Below are positions 21,124 through 31,355 of a DNA stretch of 64,000 nt, one piece after another. The notes under the pieces are model-generated. The model saw nothing but the letters and a program-made list of their open reading frames with translations. It had not been told where the DNA came from and ran no database searches. The position numbers and the translations under genes were made by a program. Each line of letters starts with the position of its first letter. Position 1 is the stretch's first letter. Source of the stretch: an uncultured bacterium (GTDB lineage: Bacteria; Zixibacteria; MSB-5A5; JAABVY01; JAHJOQ01); assembly GCA_965369655.1 (NCBI GenBank), contig CBDUQR010000004.1:1-64000 (forward strand), in the 5' to 3' direction.

Positions 21124-21258
21124 CTATTGTGTGTATCCGGTAGATGTCCAGAGGTTGTCCCAAAAGGTCGTTTCGACAGGTCTTGGCGGCGACGGAGTCG
21201 TCGGTGTGACCTGTCGATTTTTTGCAAGCTATTGTCTGACATTGTTTCCATTTTCCAT

Positions 21259-21303
21259 CAGTTCACACGCCCGCCTTCAGCGGACGCAAGAACTGACGGA
21301 ACG
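21259..21303. repeat. Dispersed hairpin repeat (second copy 44164-44208)
   Basis: CAGTTCACACGCCCGCC....GCAAGAACTG.CGGAACG at both sites. Confidence 0.75.
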
Positions 21304-21370
21304 CTCGCATGACATATGCCCAAAATACGCTTGACAATATACATAGCAGACCTGCCGCAACGATGTAAAT

Positions 21371-21979
21371 CTACTCGTCCACAAATTCCACTCTGCCATT
21401 TGTAATCGACACCAGTGACTGCCTTATCCTGTCAGACCAGGATCGCCTCACATCGCAGACAATCGCGCCGATATCCGTGTACCGGCTCTCGGCGATTTCC
21501 ACAACTTCTGTCGAGACCGCTCTCAATACTGCGCCTGTGAAATTGAGCGGAAATGTAAAACTGAGTCGATCGGTCAGGTAACGGGTTTGAATATCTGCTT
21601 TCTCAATCACAGCCAGCGCCGCATCGCGGTATGCTCGTCCGAGTCCTCCGGTGCCAAGCTTGATACCGCCGAAATAGCGTGTGACGACCAGGCATGTGTC
21701 TGTCAATTCAAATCTGTCGAGAGCTTCGAGTATGGGTCGGCCTGCTGTGCCCGACGGCTCACCGTCGTCGGAATACCTGAACACCTGCTCGGCTCCGCAT
21801 CCAATCCTGTATGCAAAGCAGTTATGAGTTGCGTTATGGAATTCCTTCGCGACGGAATTCCTGAACTCAACTGCTGCATTAGGATCGGTTGCCTGATTGA
21901 TGGTGGCGATAAAGCGCGACCGTTTGATCTTGATCTCGGATCGGCAGTGTCCTGCGATGATCTGGTATGAATCAGACAA
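21371..21979 (-). CDS. yigZ: YigZ/IMPACT family protein
   Basis: IKRSRF, ATHNCFAY, SDDGEPSGTAG, VTRYFGGIKLGTGGL. Confidence 0.93.
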   Translation of the reverse strand: MSDSYQIIAGHCRSEIKIKRSRFIATINQATDPNAAVEFRNSVAKEFHNATHNCFAYRIGCGAEQVFRYSDDGEPSGTAGRPILEALDRFELTDTCLVVTRYFGGIKLGTGGLGRAYRDAALAVIEKADIQTRYLTDRLSFTFPLNFTGAVLRAVSTEVVEIAESRYTDIGAIVCDVRRSWSDRIRQSLVSITNGRVEFVDE

Positions 21980-22024
21980 ATGATTCTCGGATGTCAGACA
22001 GTATGATAAACCTGAGCGGCTGTG

Positions 22025-22255
22025 CTATTCCTGAGCCGCAACGATGTATTGCTCTATCAGCCTCTTGAAACGCGCGCCATAGATCATGTCATACTTTTCC
22101 ATATCGTCGGGTATAAGCTTCTCGGCTTTCAGGCGCGTCGCCGCAACGAGTCTGTTGGCGGTCTCGATGCTCAGGCCGCCGCTCTCTATCTCACGTACCG
22201 TGCTGTCGACCAACTTCTTCAGTTCGACAACAGGGCCTTCATTCGGTGAATCCAT
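22025..22255 (-). CDS. Small hypothetical protein
   Basis: Lies between dprA and yigZ on the same strand; YDMIYGARFKRLIEQY helix. Confidence 0.6.
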   Translation of the reverse strand: MDSPNEGPVVELKKLVDSTVREIESGGLSIETANRLVAATRLKAEKLIPDDMEKYDMIYGARFKRLIEQYIVAAQE

Positions 22256-22256
22256 A

Positions 22257-23141
22257 CTAACTCCCAATGCTGGTTTCGAGAATCGTTGTCAGATCATCGA
22301 TGGTGTCAAACGGTATCGCATTCTGAGGAACGGTGACGCCTCGCTTGCTTTCATCTCCTTTCAACAGATAGAACAGCAGTTTGCCCTGCGTTTCTGCGGA
22401 TTCCGCAGCCGAGAATGTCCCGGACGAATCAGGCGAAAGCTCACCGACTATCACTGAATCCGACAGCCCCACGATTATGCGGTTTCTGCCCAGTAGCCTG
22501 CCCGTATTGATGCCGGTATCCGGAGGATACTCGCACATCAGCGAACCTTTTTCGAGCAACTGTTCAGCGAGCGCCTTGTTCTCCGGAGGATATATCTCGT
22601 AGAATCCCGACGCTACGACCGCATGACTGATCCCCTCGTTCTTGATCGCGCCTACATGTGCCGCCGTATCGATTCCCCTCGCAAGACCGGAAACAATCGA
22701 GCAGCCCTTCTTCACGAGAAATGCCGCGATGTCAACCGTAGCCTCTATTGCCTCAGCCGAGGCATCCGTGCGACCGACAACAGCTATCGATTTCTGATCC
22801 GGATTCGGAAAATGCCCCTTGTAGTAGAGCACTGGTGGCGGATCATCCATCGACCGGAGACGACTCGGGTATTCATCATCGAGAAAAGTCACGACTGATA
22901 TACCTTCTTCGGAAAGCCGTTCAATCCGCTCGCCCATGAACGTGATTGAATGCTGTGATCCAAGTATCTGTTCGGCATGCTCTTCTGAAAGACGCGGCAG
23001 GTCGGTCAATTGTTCAAAAGTGGCGGCATAGACATTTTCGGGAGATCCGAACACGGACAGGATCGTCTGAAACAATTTCGGCCCAACGCCTCCCGACTCC
23101 CGCAGTGCGAGAATTACACTGGTTGTGTAAATATCATCCAT
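22257..23141 (-). CDS. dprA: DNA-processing protein DprA/Smf
   Basis: YPSRL...DPPPVLYYKG, IVSGLARGIDTAAH, YPPENKAL, RNRII; start reassigned to MDDIY. Confidence 0.9.
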   Translation of the reverse strand: MDDIYTTSVILALRESGGVGPKLFQTILSVFGSPENVYAATFEQLTDLPRLSEEHAEQILGSQHSITFMGERIERLSEEGISVVTFLDDEYPSRLRSMDDPPPVLYYKGHFPNPDQKSIAVVGRTDASAEAIEATVDIAAFLVKKGCSIVSGLARGIDTAAHVGAIKNEGISHAVVASGFYEIYPPENKALAEQLLEKGSLMCEYPPDTGINTGRLLGRNRIIVGLSDSVIVGELSPDSSGTFSAAESAETQGKLLFYLLKGDESKRGVTVPQNAIPFDTIDDLTTILETSIGS

Positions 23142-23223
23142 GATAGTTCTGAATACCTCCATGAAAAAGGTAACCGTCATGCCAGATACTGTCAAGGCGA
23201 TTTCAGAGAGGATATTATTCCCT

Positions 23224-23373
23224 TGGGGACAAATGTCCTCGCAAGTCCTTAGCTTCGAAGGGCTTGTCCCAATGCATGTCATTCCCGCGAAGGCGGGAAT
23301 CTATTGAATGCGTGATTGTTAAATAGGCTCCCGTGGTATCCTGAACAAAGCGAAGGGCCTCCGCGGGAGCGAC
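23224..23373. repeat. REP-like hairpin cluster
   Basis: GTCATTCCCGCGAAGGCGGGAATC at 23278-23301, an inverted partner at 23326-23373 carrying an inserted module, and another module at 23245-23262. Confidence 0.75.
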
Positions 23374-23454
23374 AGAGTCAACATCCCGCTCATGACATCA
23401 ATTCAGAGTTTTTCGTGCTCTTGACTTGAGCCGCGACAAGTATATCTTATCGTT

Positions 23455-24453
23455 ATGCCTGCGAATCTGACTCCGCAGTATCTCGAAGCCGAAGAGCGGT
23501 TCAAACGCGCGACCAGCGACGATGAGAAGCTCGCGTGTCTCGAAGAGATGATGCGCATCATCCCCAAGCACAAGGGGACCGAGAAGATGCGCAAGGATAT
23601 GAAGACGCGCATGGCCAAACTGCGGCAGAAGCTCGAAGGTCCGAAGAAATCCTCAGGCGCTGCTAAAGCCGCTGCAATCGATCATGTCGAGAAGCACGGC
23701 GCAGCACAGATCATTGTTCTCGGTCCGCCGAACTGCGGGAAATCATCGTTCCTGAACGCCGTCACCGCCGCCGAACCGGAGATTGCCGACTACCCATACA
23801 CGACCCGCAAACCGATGCCGGGGATGATGAATCACGAGACCGTTCAGTTCGAGATTGTCGATCTGCCGCCGATTGCGCCTGACTTCTACGAAAACTGGAT
23901 GACCAATATTATCCGCAACGGCGATGTCCTGATCCTGATGGCGGATATCGCAGCCGACGATATGCTCGAGGGGATCGATGCCGTCATATCCAAACTCGAC
24001 GAACTGAAGATGATCCTCATCAAGAAAGAGATACCCGAAGAATATCTCGGCTCGCAGTTTTGCAAAAAGACGGTGCTCGTGGCGAACAAATGCGATGTCG
24101 ATGATGCTGCCGACAATATCGAGATACTGAGAGAGTTGTACTCTGATCGATTCACGATCATCCCTGTCTCATGTACAGTCGGGACGAGTCTCGACAGACT
24201 CAAAGATCACATATTCGATATCCTCCAGATCATGCGTGTCTACACCAAGACTCCGGGGCGTGATGTCGACTACAAGGACCCGGTCGTGTTGTCGATCGGA
24301 TCGACTGTCGAGGATGCAGCGCTGGCGATTCACAAAGATTTCGCGCACAAACTTCAGTTCGCCAAACTCTGGGGCGAAGGCAAATTCGATGGCCAGCGAG
24401 TAACATCGAAATTCGTGCTGTCAGACAAAGATGTGGTGGAGTTTCATATATGA
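23455..24453 (+). CDS. DRG/Rbg-like OBG-superfamily GTPase with TGS domain
   Basis: MPANLTPQY, PKHKGTE, GPPNCGKSS, DYPYTT, NKCD, C-terminal TGS (IHKDF...DKDVVEFH). Confidence 0.88.
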   Translation: MPANLTPQYLEAEERFKRATSDDEKLACLEEMMRIIPKHKGTEKMRKDMKTRMAKLRQKLEGPKKSSGAAKAAAIDHVEKHGAAQIIVLGPPNCGKSSFLNAVTAAEPEIADYPYTTRKPMPGMMNHETVQFEIVDLPPIAPDFYENWMTNIIRNGDVLILMADIAADDMLEGIDAVISKLDELKMILIKKEIPEEYLGSQFCKKTVLVANKCDVDDAADNIEILRELYSDRFTIIPVSCTVGTSLDRLKDHIFDILQIMRVYTKTPGRDVDYKDPVVLSIGSTVEDAALAIHKDFAHKLQFAKLWGEGKFDGQRVTSKFVLSDKDVVEFHI

Positions 24454-24534
24454 GTTACCAACTCGTGCGCGGCAGAGTTTTCACTGGTAACTGGGTGAGG
24501 GAAGTGCTATCCTTATTATAGTTGTCAACACGAA

Positions 24535-24565
24535 CCCATCCGACGCTACGCTCTGGATGGGCTAC
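24535..24565. repeat. GTAG-footed REP-like hairpin (family also at 43175-43205 and 44213-44241)
   Basis: CCCATCC..CTCTGGATGGGCTAC. Confidence 0.65.
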
Positions 24566-24607
24566 CGGCTTATAAAGGGGTAACACTGCAATGGAGCATC
24601 ATACGTA

Positions 24608-27600
24608 ATGTCAGAAACCAGTGATTTTTTACCTCCAAAGATACCATATGAGTTGAAGAAGGCTCAGCAGGACGGGAAATTAGTTGTATTCGTGGGGGCT
24701 GGCGTTTCCATGCCTCCGCCATCCAGTCTGCCGGACTTCAATGATCTCGCTAAGAAGCTCAAAGACAAATTAGGACCATCTTTCAAAAAGCGAGCGCGCA
24801 GTGAGTCGATTGATCAATTCATTGGCCGAATGGTAGACGAGAATCACGACGTGCGGAAGTGGGTACGCGATATTTTCCTTAGTGAAAAATCAAAACCCAA
24901 CAAACAACACGCCAATTTGATCAAGCTCTTTACTCAACCCAAGGATGTCAAGATCGTAACCACGAATTTTGATTCACATCTCTCAACAGCAGCGAGAGCT
25001 AAATTTGAGGATAGCAACGATATTAACGAATACCTGGCTCCTGCCTTGCCTCTGGGACGAGAGTTTTCAGGCATCGTTTATCTGCACGGACGTGCCGACC
25101 GAGGTGCGAATGAATTGGTGCTGACAGATCGAGATTTTGGAAAAGCCTACTTGGCTGACGGCTGGGCGCGTCGATTCATGTTGGCTTTGTTCAGACATTA
25201 CCATGTGCTTTTTGTTGGTTATAGTCACGAAGATTCTGTTCTGAGATATCTTGCCAGGGGATTGTTCGACAAGACTCAGCGATTTGCTTTTGCCACGGAA
25301 GCTAAAGAAGATCATTGGAAAAGACTGGGCATAAAGATAATTAAATACGAACAAATCAAGAGAAAGAGAAAGTTCAAACTTGTCTGGGAAGCCATAAGCA
25401 GTTGGTCAAATCAGACACAATGGGGTCTACTGGATCACGAGAGAAGAATAACCAATATTGTGTCCATAGTGGAGACAACAGATCCTATTTTATCGCCACA
25501 TTCCAATCTTACTAAAGAAGATGCTCGGTATCTCATCGATGCCATCCAGCAAGAGCATCTGTTGCGTTTATTCTGCGACAAAGCAAAGCATACGTATTGG
25601 CTTGAATGGCTGGAGCAAAAGGAGAAGAACAAGGAGGCTGAGTATGACACCAATGAGCAAGCTTGGAAAGAGCGACTCGAATTCTCAAAACTATTTAGTC
25701 CGACTGCTGAAATCGGAGAGCGAGAGCGTGTCCTTGCATGGTGGTTTGCCAAAAGCTTTGTCGGCTGCGACGATCAACAAGGGTTGATATATCTAACACA
25801 ACGTGGCCAAACTGTCAATCCAGCATTATGGGACGAAATTGCAAGGGTATTGGCTCACGGTAAGAAGCTCCCGAAACCGGAAACCTATGCCAAGTGGCTG
25901 TCAGTTCTTATGAACACTGTGCCTCAGCATAAGCATGCGTTAGATCGAATCTTGACTAGTCGGAATTTGAACCAGAACTACTGGCGAGGCGTACTGAATC
26001 TGTTCCAGTTTCTGACTACTCCAAGATTGGAGCTGGAAGATGATTATATGGGTGAACTAATCAAAGGAGAGAAGAAAGTTAACGCGAATATATCAATGTT
26101 AGGTGATAAGTACTGCTTGGATGAGGCTTGGAAACGAATATTGAAACCACTGCTCCCGACACTGTCAAGCGAACTGGCGGTCACATTCACAGGCCACTTC
26201 TGGCGTGCGCATTCGTTGTTGGTCGCCGCTGGCAAGGCTGGTCCCATGTGGAATCCGGTTAGTTTCAGTCGCTCGGCTATCGAGCCGCATGAACAAGATA
26301 GCCAGATGTTCGGATTCGAGCTCATTATCGACTATGCAAGAGATGTAATCGAATTCATTATCGAGAATGACACAAGACAGGCTGATGCCCTCATACAAAT
26401 ATGGATATCTTCGAAAGTTCCTATACTCGCTCGTCTCGCTGTTCACGCCATGAGAAAGTCAATCCACGTTTCCTTCGACGACAAGCTACGCTGGGTACTT
26501 GAATGGGAGCTGATCTACAAGCATCTCACCAAACATGAGGTCTTCATGCTCTTAGAGCATGCTTTCCCCAAGGCAGGGCAAGACATGCAATTAGAGGTAA
26601 TCGAGCGCGCCAAGATCGGACCTCATCGCGATGAAGGTGAAGATACAGAACATGCGAAACTATATGAGTATGAGATATACTGTCTACTATATTGGCTTAA
26701 GAAGCATGCTCCGAAACTCCACTCTGCACAGCAAGCATTTGATGAGGTACAGAGTAGGAATAAAGAATTCTCACCACCTGATCATCCTGAATTCTATAAG
26801 TGGAGTTCGGGTGCTATTTTAATTGAAGGCTTCTCTCCGATTGATGCTGACGAACTCTTATTGAAACCTGCTGCAGAGCAGGTTGAATATTTGATGAACG
26901 GTGGATCTGAGTCCAGGCATATTTTCGAGAGAGAAGGTCTCATGGGGCAAGTTGGCATCGCGGCAAGAAAAAACCCGTCGTGGGGTTTAGACCTTGCAGA
27001 GGTGTTGAGGGATAGGACGGAATGGAAAGAAGATATTTGGAGCAGCATTCTTAATGCATGGCATAAACCACCTTTCAACAAAGAAGATTGGCCGCGAGCA
27101 CTAGGAATCCTCGGGGACGTAAACATTCTCTCTAATAACCGATACACGATAGGTTACATCCTCTGGCATGCGTCCGAAATGAAAAACATCTGGACTGAAG
27201 CGACTCTCCACGAAGCCGAGGCTATTACGGAGAGATTTTGGGATATTATCGGCAATGACGCACCAGAACGGACACCTGCTGACGACTGGCTGTTCGAGGC
27301 TATCAACCATCCGGCTGGTCAGCTTACTCTCTTCTGGCTGCACCTTATCGAAAGGCGCGCCGAACTCGCTGGACACGATCCTGACACAATACCCGACAAG
27401 TACAAAGAGCGTTTTGAAGCAATCATCTCAGGGACATCATACGCGAGTCAACTTGGCCGTGTAACCCTCGCCAGCCAGATCAGATATGCATTCAGCCTAG
27501 ATCGGCAATGGACAGTAGATAACCTGCTTCCGCTACTAGACTGGAATAAGGACGAACATCGTGCAGAGCAATGCTGGCACGGATTCATCGGCTGGGGAAC

Positions 27601-28288
27601 ACCGCCTTTCGAGTTACTGAAACACCTTAAGCCGCTGTATGAGCAAGCCACCGAGAAGTTTCCTCCTGAGGCTTCCAGACTACGTGAGCATCTAATGCAA
27701 CACTTGGCCTTCATGGCGCTTTCTCTTGAGAATCCGCTTCAGGACAAATGGTTGCTTCGAGTGAGAAGCCATATGATTCAGGAAGGCGATCTGCTAAAGT
27801 GGACTCACAGATTCAGATTCGTATTGATCGACATCCCTGACAACCAGAAGAAAGCAATATGGGATAGGTGGCTCTGTCAGTATTGGAAGGATCGTACAGA
27901 AGGTATATTCGGACGATTCGTTGAAGAGGAAGCCGCAGGAATGCTCAGTTGGGCACTCGAGCTTGGTCCTGTAATTGGAGAAGTTGTCAATGTTATTTGT
28001 AATTCTGATCCTGTAGATGTAGGTAGTACTTCTATTTACATCGAATTGGTCGAGAGTAGACTTGCAGAGAAGTACCCGGATCCCACAGCCGATCTTCTTC
28101 ATCATCTTGCCAAGGGGCACAAGCATCCTCTTCCTGCGCAGGAATCCTACATGTGCCACGAGATGTCGGAACTTGTGAAAGAGCTTCATAAGCACGGCGC
28201 GTCAATTGATAAGCTCAAAGCAATTTGCGAAGAACTCGCAAAACTTGGATGCACAGAAGCCCCTGATCCACATGATTCCCTAAAGTAG
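24608..28288 (+). CDS. SIR2-domain anti-phage protein, DSR1-like (SIR2_2 + DUF4020-like C-terminus)
   Basis: VFVGAGVS, IVTTNFD, VYLHG, LFVGYSHED; C-terminal WLCQYWKDRTEG; AT-richer than the flanks. Confidence 0.82.
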   Translation: MSETSDFLPPKIPYELKKAQQDGKLVVFVGAGVSMPPPSSLPDFNDLAKKLKDKLGPSFKKRARSESIDQFIGRMVDENHDVRKWVRDIFLSEKSKPNKQHANLIKLFTQPKDVKIVTTNFDSHLSTAARAKFEDSNDINEYLAPALPLGREFSGIVYLHGRADRGANELVLTDRDFGKAYLADGWARRFMLALFRHYHVLFVGYSHEDSVLRYLARGLFDKTQRFAFATEAKEDHWKRLGIKIIKYEQIKRKRKFKLVWEAISSWSNQTQWGLLDHERRITNIVSIVETTDPILSPHSNLTKEDARYLIDAIQQEHLLRLFCDKAKHTYWLEWLEQKEKNKEAEYDTNEQAWKERLEFSKLFSPTAEIGERERVLAWWFAKSFVGCDDQQGLIYLTQRGQTVNPALWDEIARVLAHGKKLPKPETYAKWLSVLMNTVPQHKHALDRILTSRNLNQNYWRGVLNLFQFLTTPRLELEDDYMGELIKGEKKVNANISMLGDKYCLDEAWKRILKPLLPTLSSELAVTFTGHFWRAHSLLVAAGKAGPMWNPVSFSRSAIEPHEQDSQMFGFELIIDYARDVIEFIIENDTRQADALIQIWISSKVPILARLAVHAMRKSIHVSFDDKLRWVLEWELIYKHLTKHEVFMLLEHAFPKAGQDMQLEVIERAKIGPHRDEGEDTEHAKLYEYEIYCLLYWLKKHAPKLHSAQQAFDEVQSRNKEFSPPDHPEFYKWSSGAILIEGFSPIDADELLLKPAAEQVEYLMNGGSESRHIFEREGLMGQVGIAARKNPSWGLDLAEVLRDRTEWKEDIWSSILNAWHKPPFNKEDWPRALGILGDVNILSNNRYTIGYILWHASEMKNIWTEATLHEAEAITERFWDIIGNDAPERTPADDWLFEAINHPAGQLTLFWLHLIERRAELAGHDPDTIPDKYKERFEAIISGTSYASQLGRVTLASQIRYAFSLDRQWTVDNLLPLLDWNKDEHRAEQCWHGFIGWGTPPFELLKHLKPLYEQATEKFPPEASRLREHLMQHLAFMALSLENPLQDKWLLRVRSHMIQEGDLLKWTHRFRFVLIDIPDNQKKAIWDRWLCQYWKDRTEGIFGRFVEEEAAGMLSWALELGPVIGEVVNVICNSDPVDVGSTSIYIELVESRLAEKYPDPTADLLHHLAKGHKHPLPAQESYMCHEMSELVKELHKHGASIDKLKAICEELAKLGCTEAPDPHDSLK

Positions 28289-28348
28289 AAAATCAGATTG
28301 ACTCCCACACTCAATCTGTTTAATTGCTCTCTTCACAGGAGGGACTTC

Positions 28349-30607
28349 ATGGAAGAGCCGAAAGTCGATCTGCAGCTTGCTCTCGATCATGGGCTGTCGG
28401 AAGAGGAATACAATCGGATTCTTGATACACTCGGGCGCACGCCGACCTACACTGAGCTTGGGATATTCTCGGTCATGTGGTCGGAGCATTGTTCCTACAA
28501 GAATTCTATCGCCCTGCTGAAAACACTTCCGCGCGAGGGATCGACTCTCCTTACAATGGCGGGCGAGGAAAATGCCGGTGCGGTCGATATCGGCAACGGT
28601 TTCGCGATCGTGTTCAAAATCGAATCGCACAACCATCCGACCGCAGTCGAACCATATCAGGCAGCAGCAACAGGCGTCGGCGGAATTCTCCGCGACATAT
28701 TCACTATGGGCGCGCGACCGATTGCCTGTCTCGACTCACTCAGATTCGGCAATCTCGAAGACCCGCGCTCGCGGTATCTTTTCAATGGCGCAGTCAAAGG
28801 CATCGGCGATTACGGCAATTCGTTCGGCGTACCGACTGTCGGCGGCGAGGTCTATTTCGAGCAATGTTATCAAAGCAACCCGCTCGTCAATCCAATGGCT
28901 GTCGGCATCGTGAAGACCGACGGCATCATCAGCGCGACAGCCAAAGGTGCGGGCAACCCGGTCTATATCGTCGGATCATCGACCGGCCGCGACGGCATCC
29001 ATGGCGCAACATTCGCATCCGAGGAACTCTCCGAGGAATCTCAATCCAAACGCCCATCGGTACAGATCGGCGATCCGTTTACCGAGAAACTCCTGCTCGA
29101 AGCCACACTCGAAATCATCAAAGATGATCTGATCGTCGGCATACAGGATATGGGCGCGGCGGGAATCACCTGCTGTTCGACCGAGATGGCCGCTCGCGGC
29201 AAATCCGGCATGGAGATCGAACTCTCGAAAGTGCCCGTGCGCGAGGAGAAAATGACGCCGTACGAAATCATGCTCTCCGAATCGCAGGAAAGGATGATGG
29301 TGGTCGTCAAGAAGGGCTGCGAATCCAAAGTCGACGAGATATTCAGGAAGTGGGGGCTTCACGCTGTCGAGATCGGTCATGTAATCGATGAGGACAGAGT
29401 GATCGTGCACAACAATGGCAAAGTCGTGGCCGATGTACCGGCTGATATTCTCGTCCTCGGCGGAGGCGCACCAGTCTATCACAGGGAGACTCGGAGACCA
29501 GCATATATCGACGAGTTACGCGAACTCGATCTGGCTGACATCCCCATCCCGGTCGATCTGAATGCCGCTCTCCTGAGTGTCATCGGTTCTCAGTGCATGG
29601 CCGACACGAGCTGGATATACCGGCAGTATGACCACATGGTGCGAACCAATACGGCTGTCCAGCCCGGGTCCGATGCCGCAGTAATCAGGATCAGAAAGAC
29701 GAACATGGCGATCGCCCTTACAACCGACTGCAACGGCAGATACTGCTATTTGAATCCGAGACGGGGTGCGATGATTGCCGTGGCCGAAGCTGCGCGAAAC
29801 ATCACGGCATCAGGCGGCAGACCAGCGGCTATAACGAATTGTCTGAACTTCGGCAATCCAAACAAGCCGGAGATGTACTGGAGTTTCACCGAAGCCGTAG
29901 CAGGCATGGGCGAGGCATGCCGCGTGTTCGATACGCCTGTCACCGGCGGCAATGTGTCGTTCTACAACGAGGACAAGATGACAAAGCGAGCAGTCTATCC
30001 GACACCGGTCATCGGGATGCTTGGAATCATAGATGATGTCTCTCATATCACCACGCAGTATTTCAAAGACGAAGGCGATGCAATTCTACTCGTCGGTGAA
30101 ACGACCGGGGAACTCGGCGGATCGGAGTATCTGAAGGTCGTTCACGATAAAGTCCGGGGTGACTGTCCTGCTATCGATCTGTCGCTCGAAAAAAAGACAC
30201 AGGACGCGGTCCGAGGACTCGTAACATCAGGGCTTATCAAATCATGCCACGATATCTCCGAAGGCGGGCTGGCAATAGCATTAGCCGAATGTTGCATCAC
30301 GGACAGGGAGAATCAGATTGGATGTGAGGTCTCAATCGAGACAGAACTGCGACCTGATGTTATGCTGTTCAGCGAGTCCCAATCCCGATTTGTGATCGGC
30401 GTTGCGGAGGATGATGTTCAGGAAGTTATATCTCAACTCGGTCGCAGCGAAATCCCAGTCCGAAAAATAGGACGGGTCGGCGGAGTGAGGTTGGTAATCG
30501 ATTCACTCATCGACTGCGCACTCGAACAGCTCGGCGAAGCATACTTCAGCACACTCTATCGCTATATGGACTCACAATCTTGCAGGTCAAGCGGCCTGCC
30601 CGCTTGA
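28349..30607 (+). CDS. purL: Phosphoribosylformylglycinamidine synthase subunit PurL
   Basis: MWSEHCSYK, KIESHNHP, GRDGIHGA, LSESQERM, NCLNFGNP, GGNVSFYN. Confidence 0.97.
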   Translation: MEEPKVDLQLALDHGLSEEEYNRILDTLGRTPTYTELGIFSVMWSEHCSYKNSIALLKTLPREGSTLLTMAGEENAGAVDIGNGFAIVFKIESHNHPTAVEPYQAAATGVGGILRDIFTMGARPIACLDSLRFGNLEDPRSRYLFNGAVKGIGDYGNSFGVPTVGGEVYFEQCYQSNPLVNPMAVGIVKTDGIISATAKGAGNPVYIVGSSTGRDGIHGATFASEELSEESQSKRPSVQIGDPFTEKLLLEATLEIIKDDLIVGIQDMGAAGITCCSTEMAARGKSGMEIELSKVPVREEKMTPYEIMLSESQERMMVVVKKGCESKVDEIFRKWGLHAVEIGHVIDEDRVIVHNNGKVVADVPADILVLGGGAPVYHRETRRPAYIDELRELDLADIPIPVDLNAALLSVIGSQCMADTSWIYRQYDHMVRTNTAVQPGSDAAVIRIRKTNMAIALTTDCNGRYCYLNPRRGAMIAVAEAARNITASGGRPAAITNCLNFGNPNKPEMYWSFTEAVAGMGEACRVFDTPVTGGNVSFYNEDKMTKRAVYPTPVIGMLGIIDDVSHITTQYFKDEGDAILLVGETTGELGGSEYLKVVHDKVRGDCPAIDLSLEKKTQDAVRGLVTSGLIKSCHDISEGGLAIALAECCITDRENQIGCEVSIETELRPDVMLFSESQSRFVIGVAEDDVQEVISQLGRSEIPVRKIGRVGGVRLVIDSLIDCALEQLGEAYFSTLYRYMDSQSCRSSGLPA

Positions 30608-30619
30608 CATTTCTTCAAC

Positions 30620-31055
30620 CGTCAAGCGCCCTTCGCAAGTCTCAGGACAGACGAGCGCGTTAGACCTACGAAGGCTGAGATTGCCGCGCTTCGCTCGCAA
30701 TGACGGCAGTCGATCATGACTCTCGTGTTCGTCGGGACTGTGACTCTGATACAACACGCAGAGGCACAGCCTCTGCGTGCACAGATATACCAATGTCATT
30801 CCTGTGCAAACCGGAATCTAGGAGAAGATGGTTCCCGGCTTTCGGGCATGTTGAAAAAGTCCTTTAGATCAGCGTTGAATAGTGTTGATTGTGGTTATAC
30901 AAACAAAACGAGAGCAATATCAACAGTCGAGGTCGAAACCCTTACCTGTCCTGAGCCTGCGAAGGGCGGTTTCGACAATTCGCGCAAAACGCGAAAAGGA
31001 AAGAGTTGTCAAGTCTCTCCGTTCGCTTCGCGAACTCCGAGATTTGACCTACTCA
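30620..31055. repeat. Cluster of several REP-like hairpins
   Basis: GAGATTGCCGCGCTTCGCTCGCAATGAC, GTCATTCCTGTGCAAACCGGAATC, modules at 30629 and 30948, GACCTAC ends. Confidence 0.65.
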
Positions 31056-31201
31056 ACTAATCGGACGCTGAGGAGTCTGTCCAATGCCTAAGGAATGAAT
31101 TCTAAACTCGGCGACCAACTATGTCGGCACATTGAGATAGAATACACTCAAACAGACAGTATACACGAACGCCGCCCGGATATGATTCAGGCGGCGTTTT
31201 G
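31056..31201 (+). repeat. 146-bp direct repeat, copy 1 (copy 2 at 32595-32740)
   Basis: Same sequence as the MTase 3' end, downstream ORF stub and terminator, offset 1539 bp. Confidence 0.95.
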
Positions 31202-31355
31202 ACTGGGATGTTCCTTGACTGCGAACGATGCTTCGCGTATTATCCGATCAGGGAATGCTACGCTTCAGGCCTGCGGCTCTTTTCACGTAGAGCAAAGCGT
31301 GGCATATACCGCGTATGGGAATCTGTCATTTTGTTGACTGGGAATTTTGCACTTG

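Noticed and set aside
30716-31091. ORFs in the purL-MTase gap
   Set aside because: They run through REP-like repeats; the TNRTLRSLSNA ending is just the duplicated MTase tail
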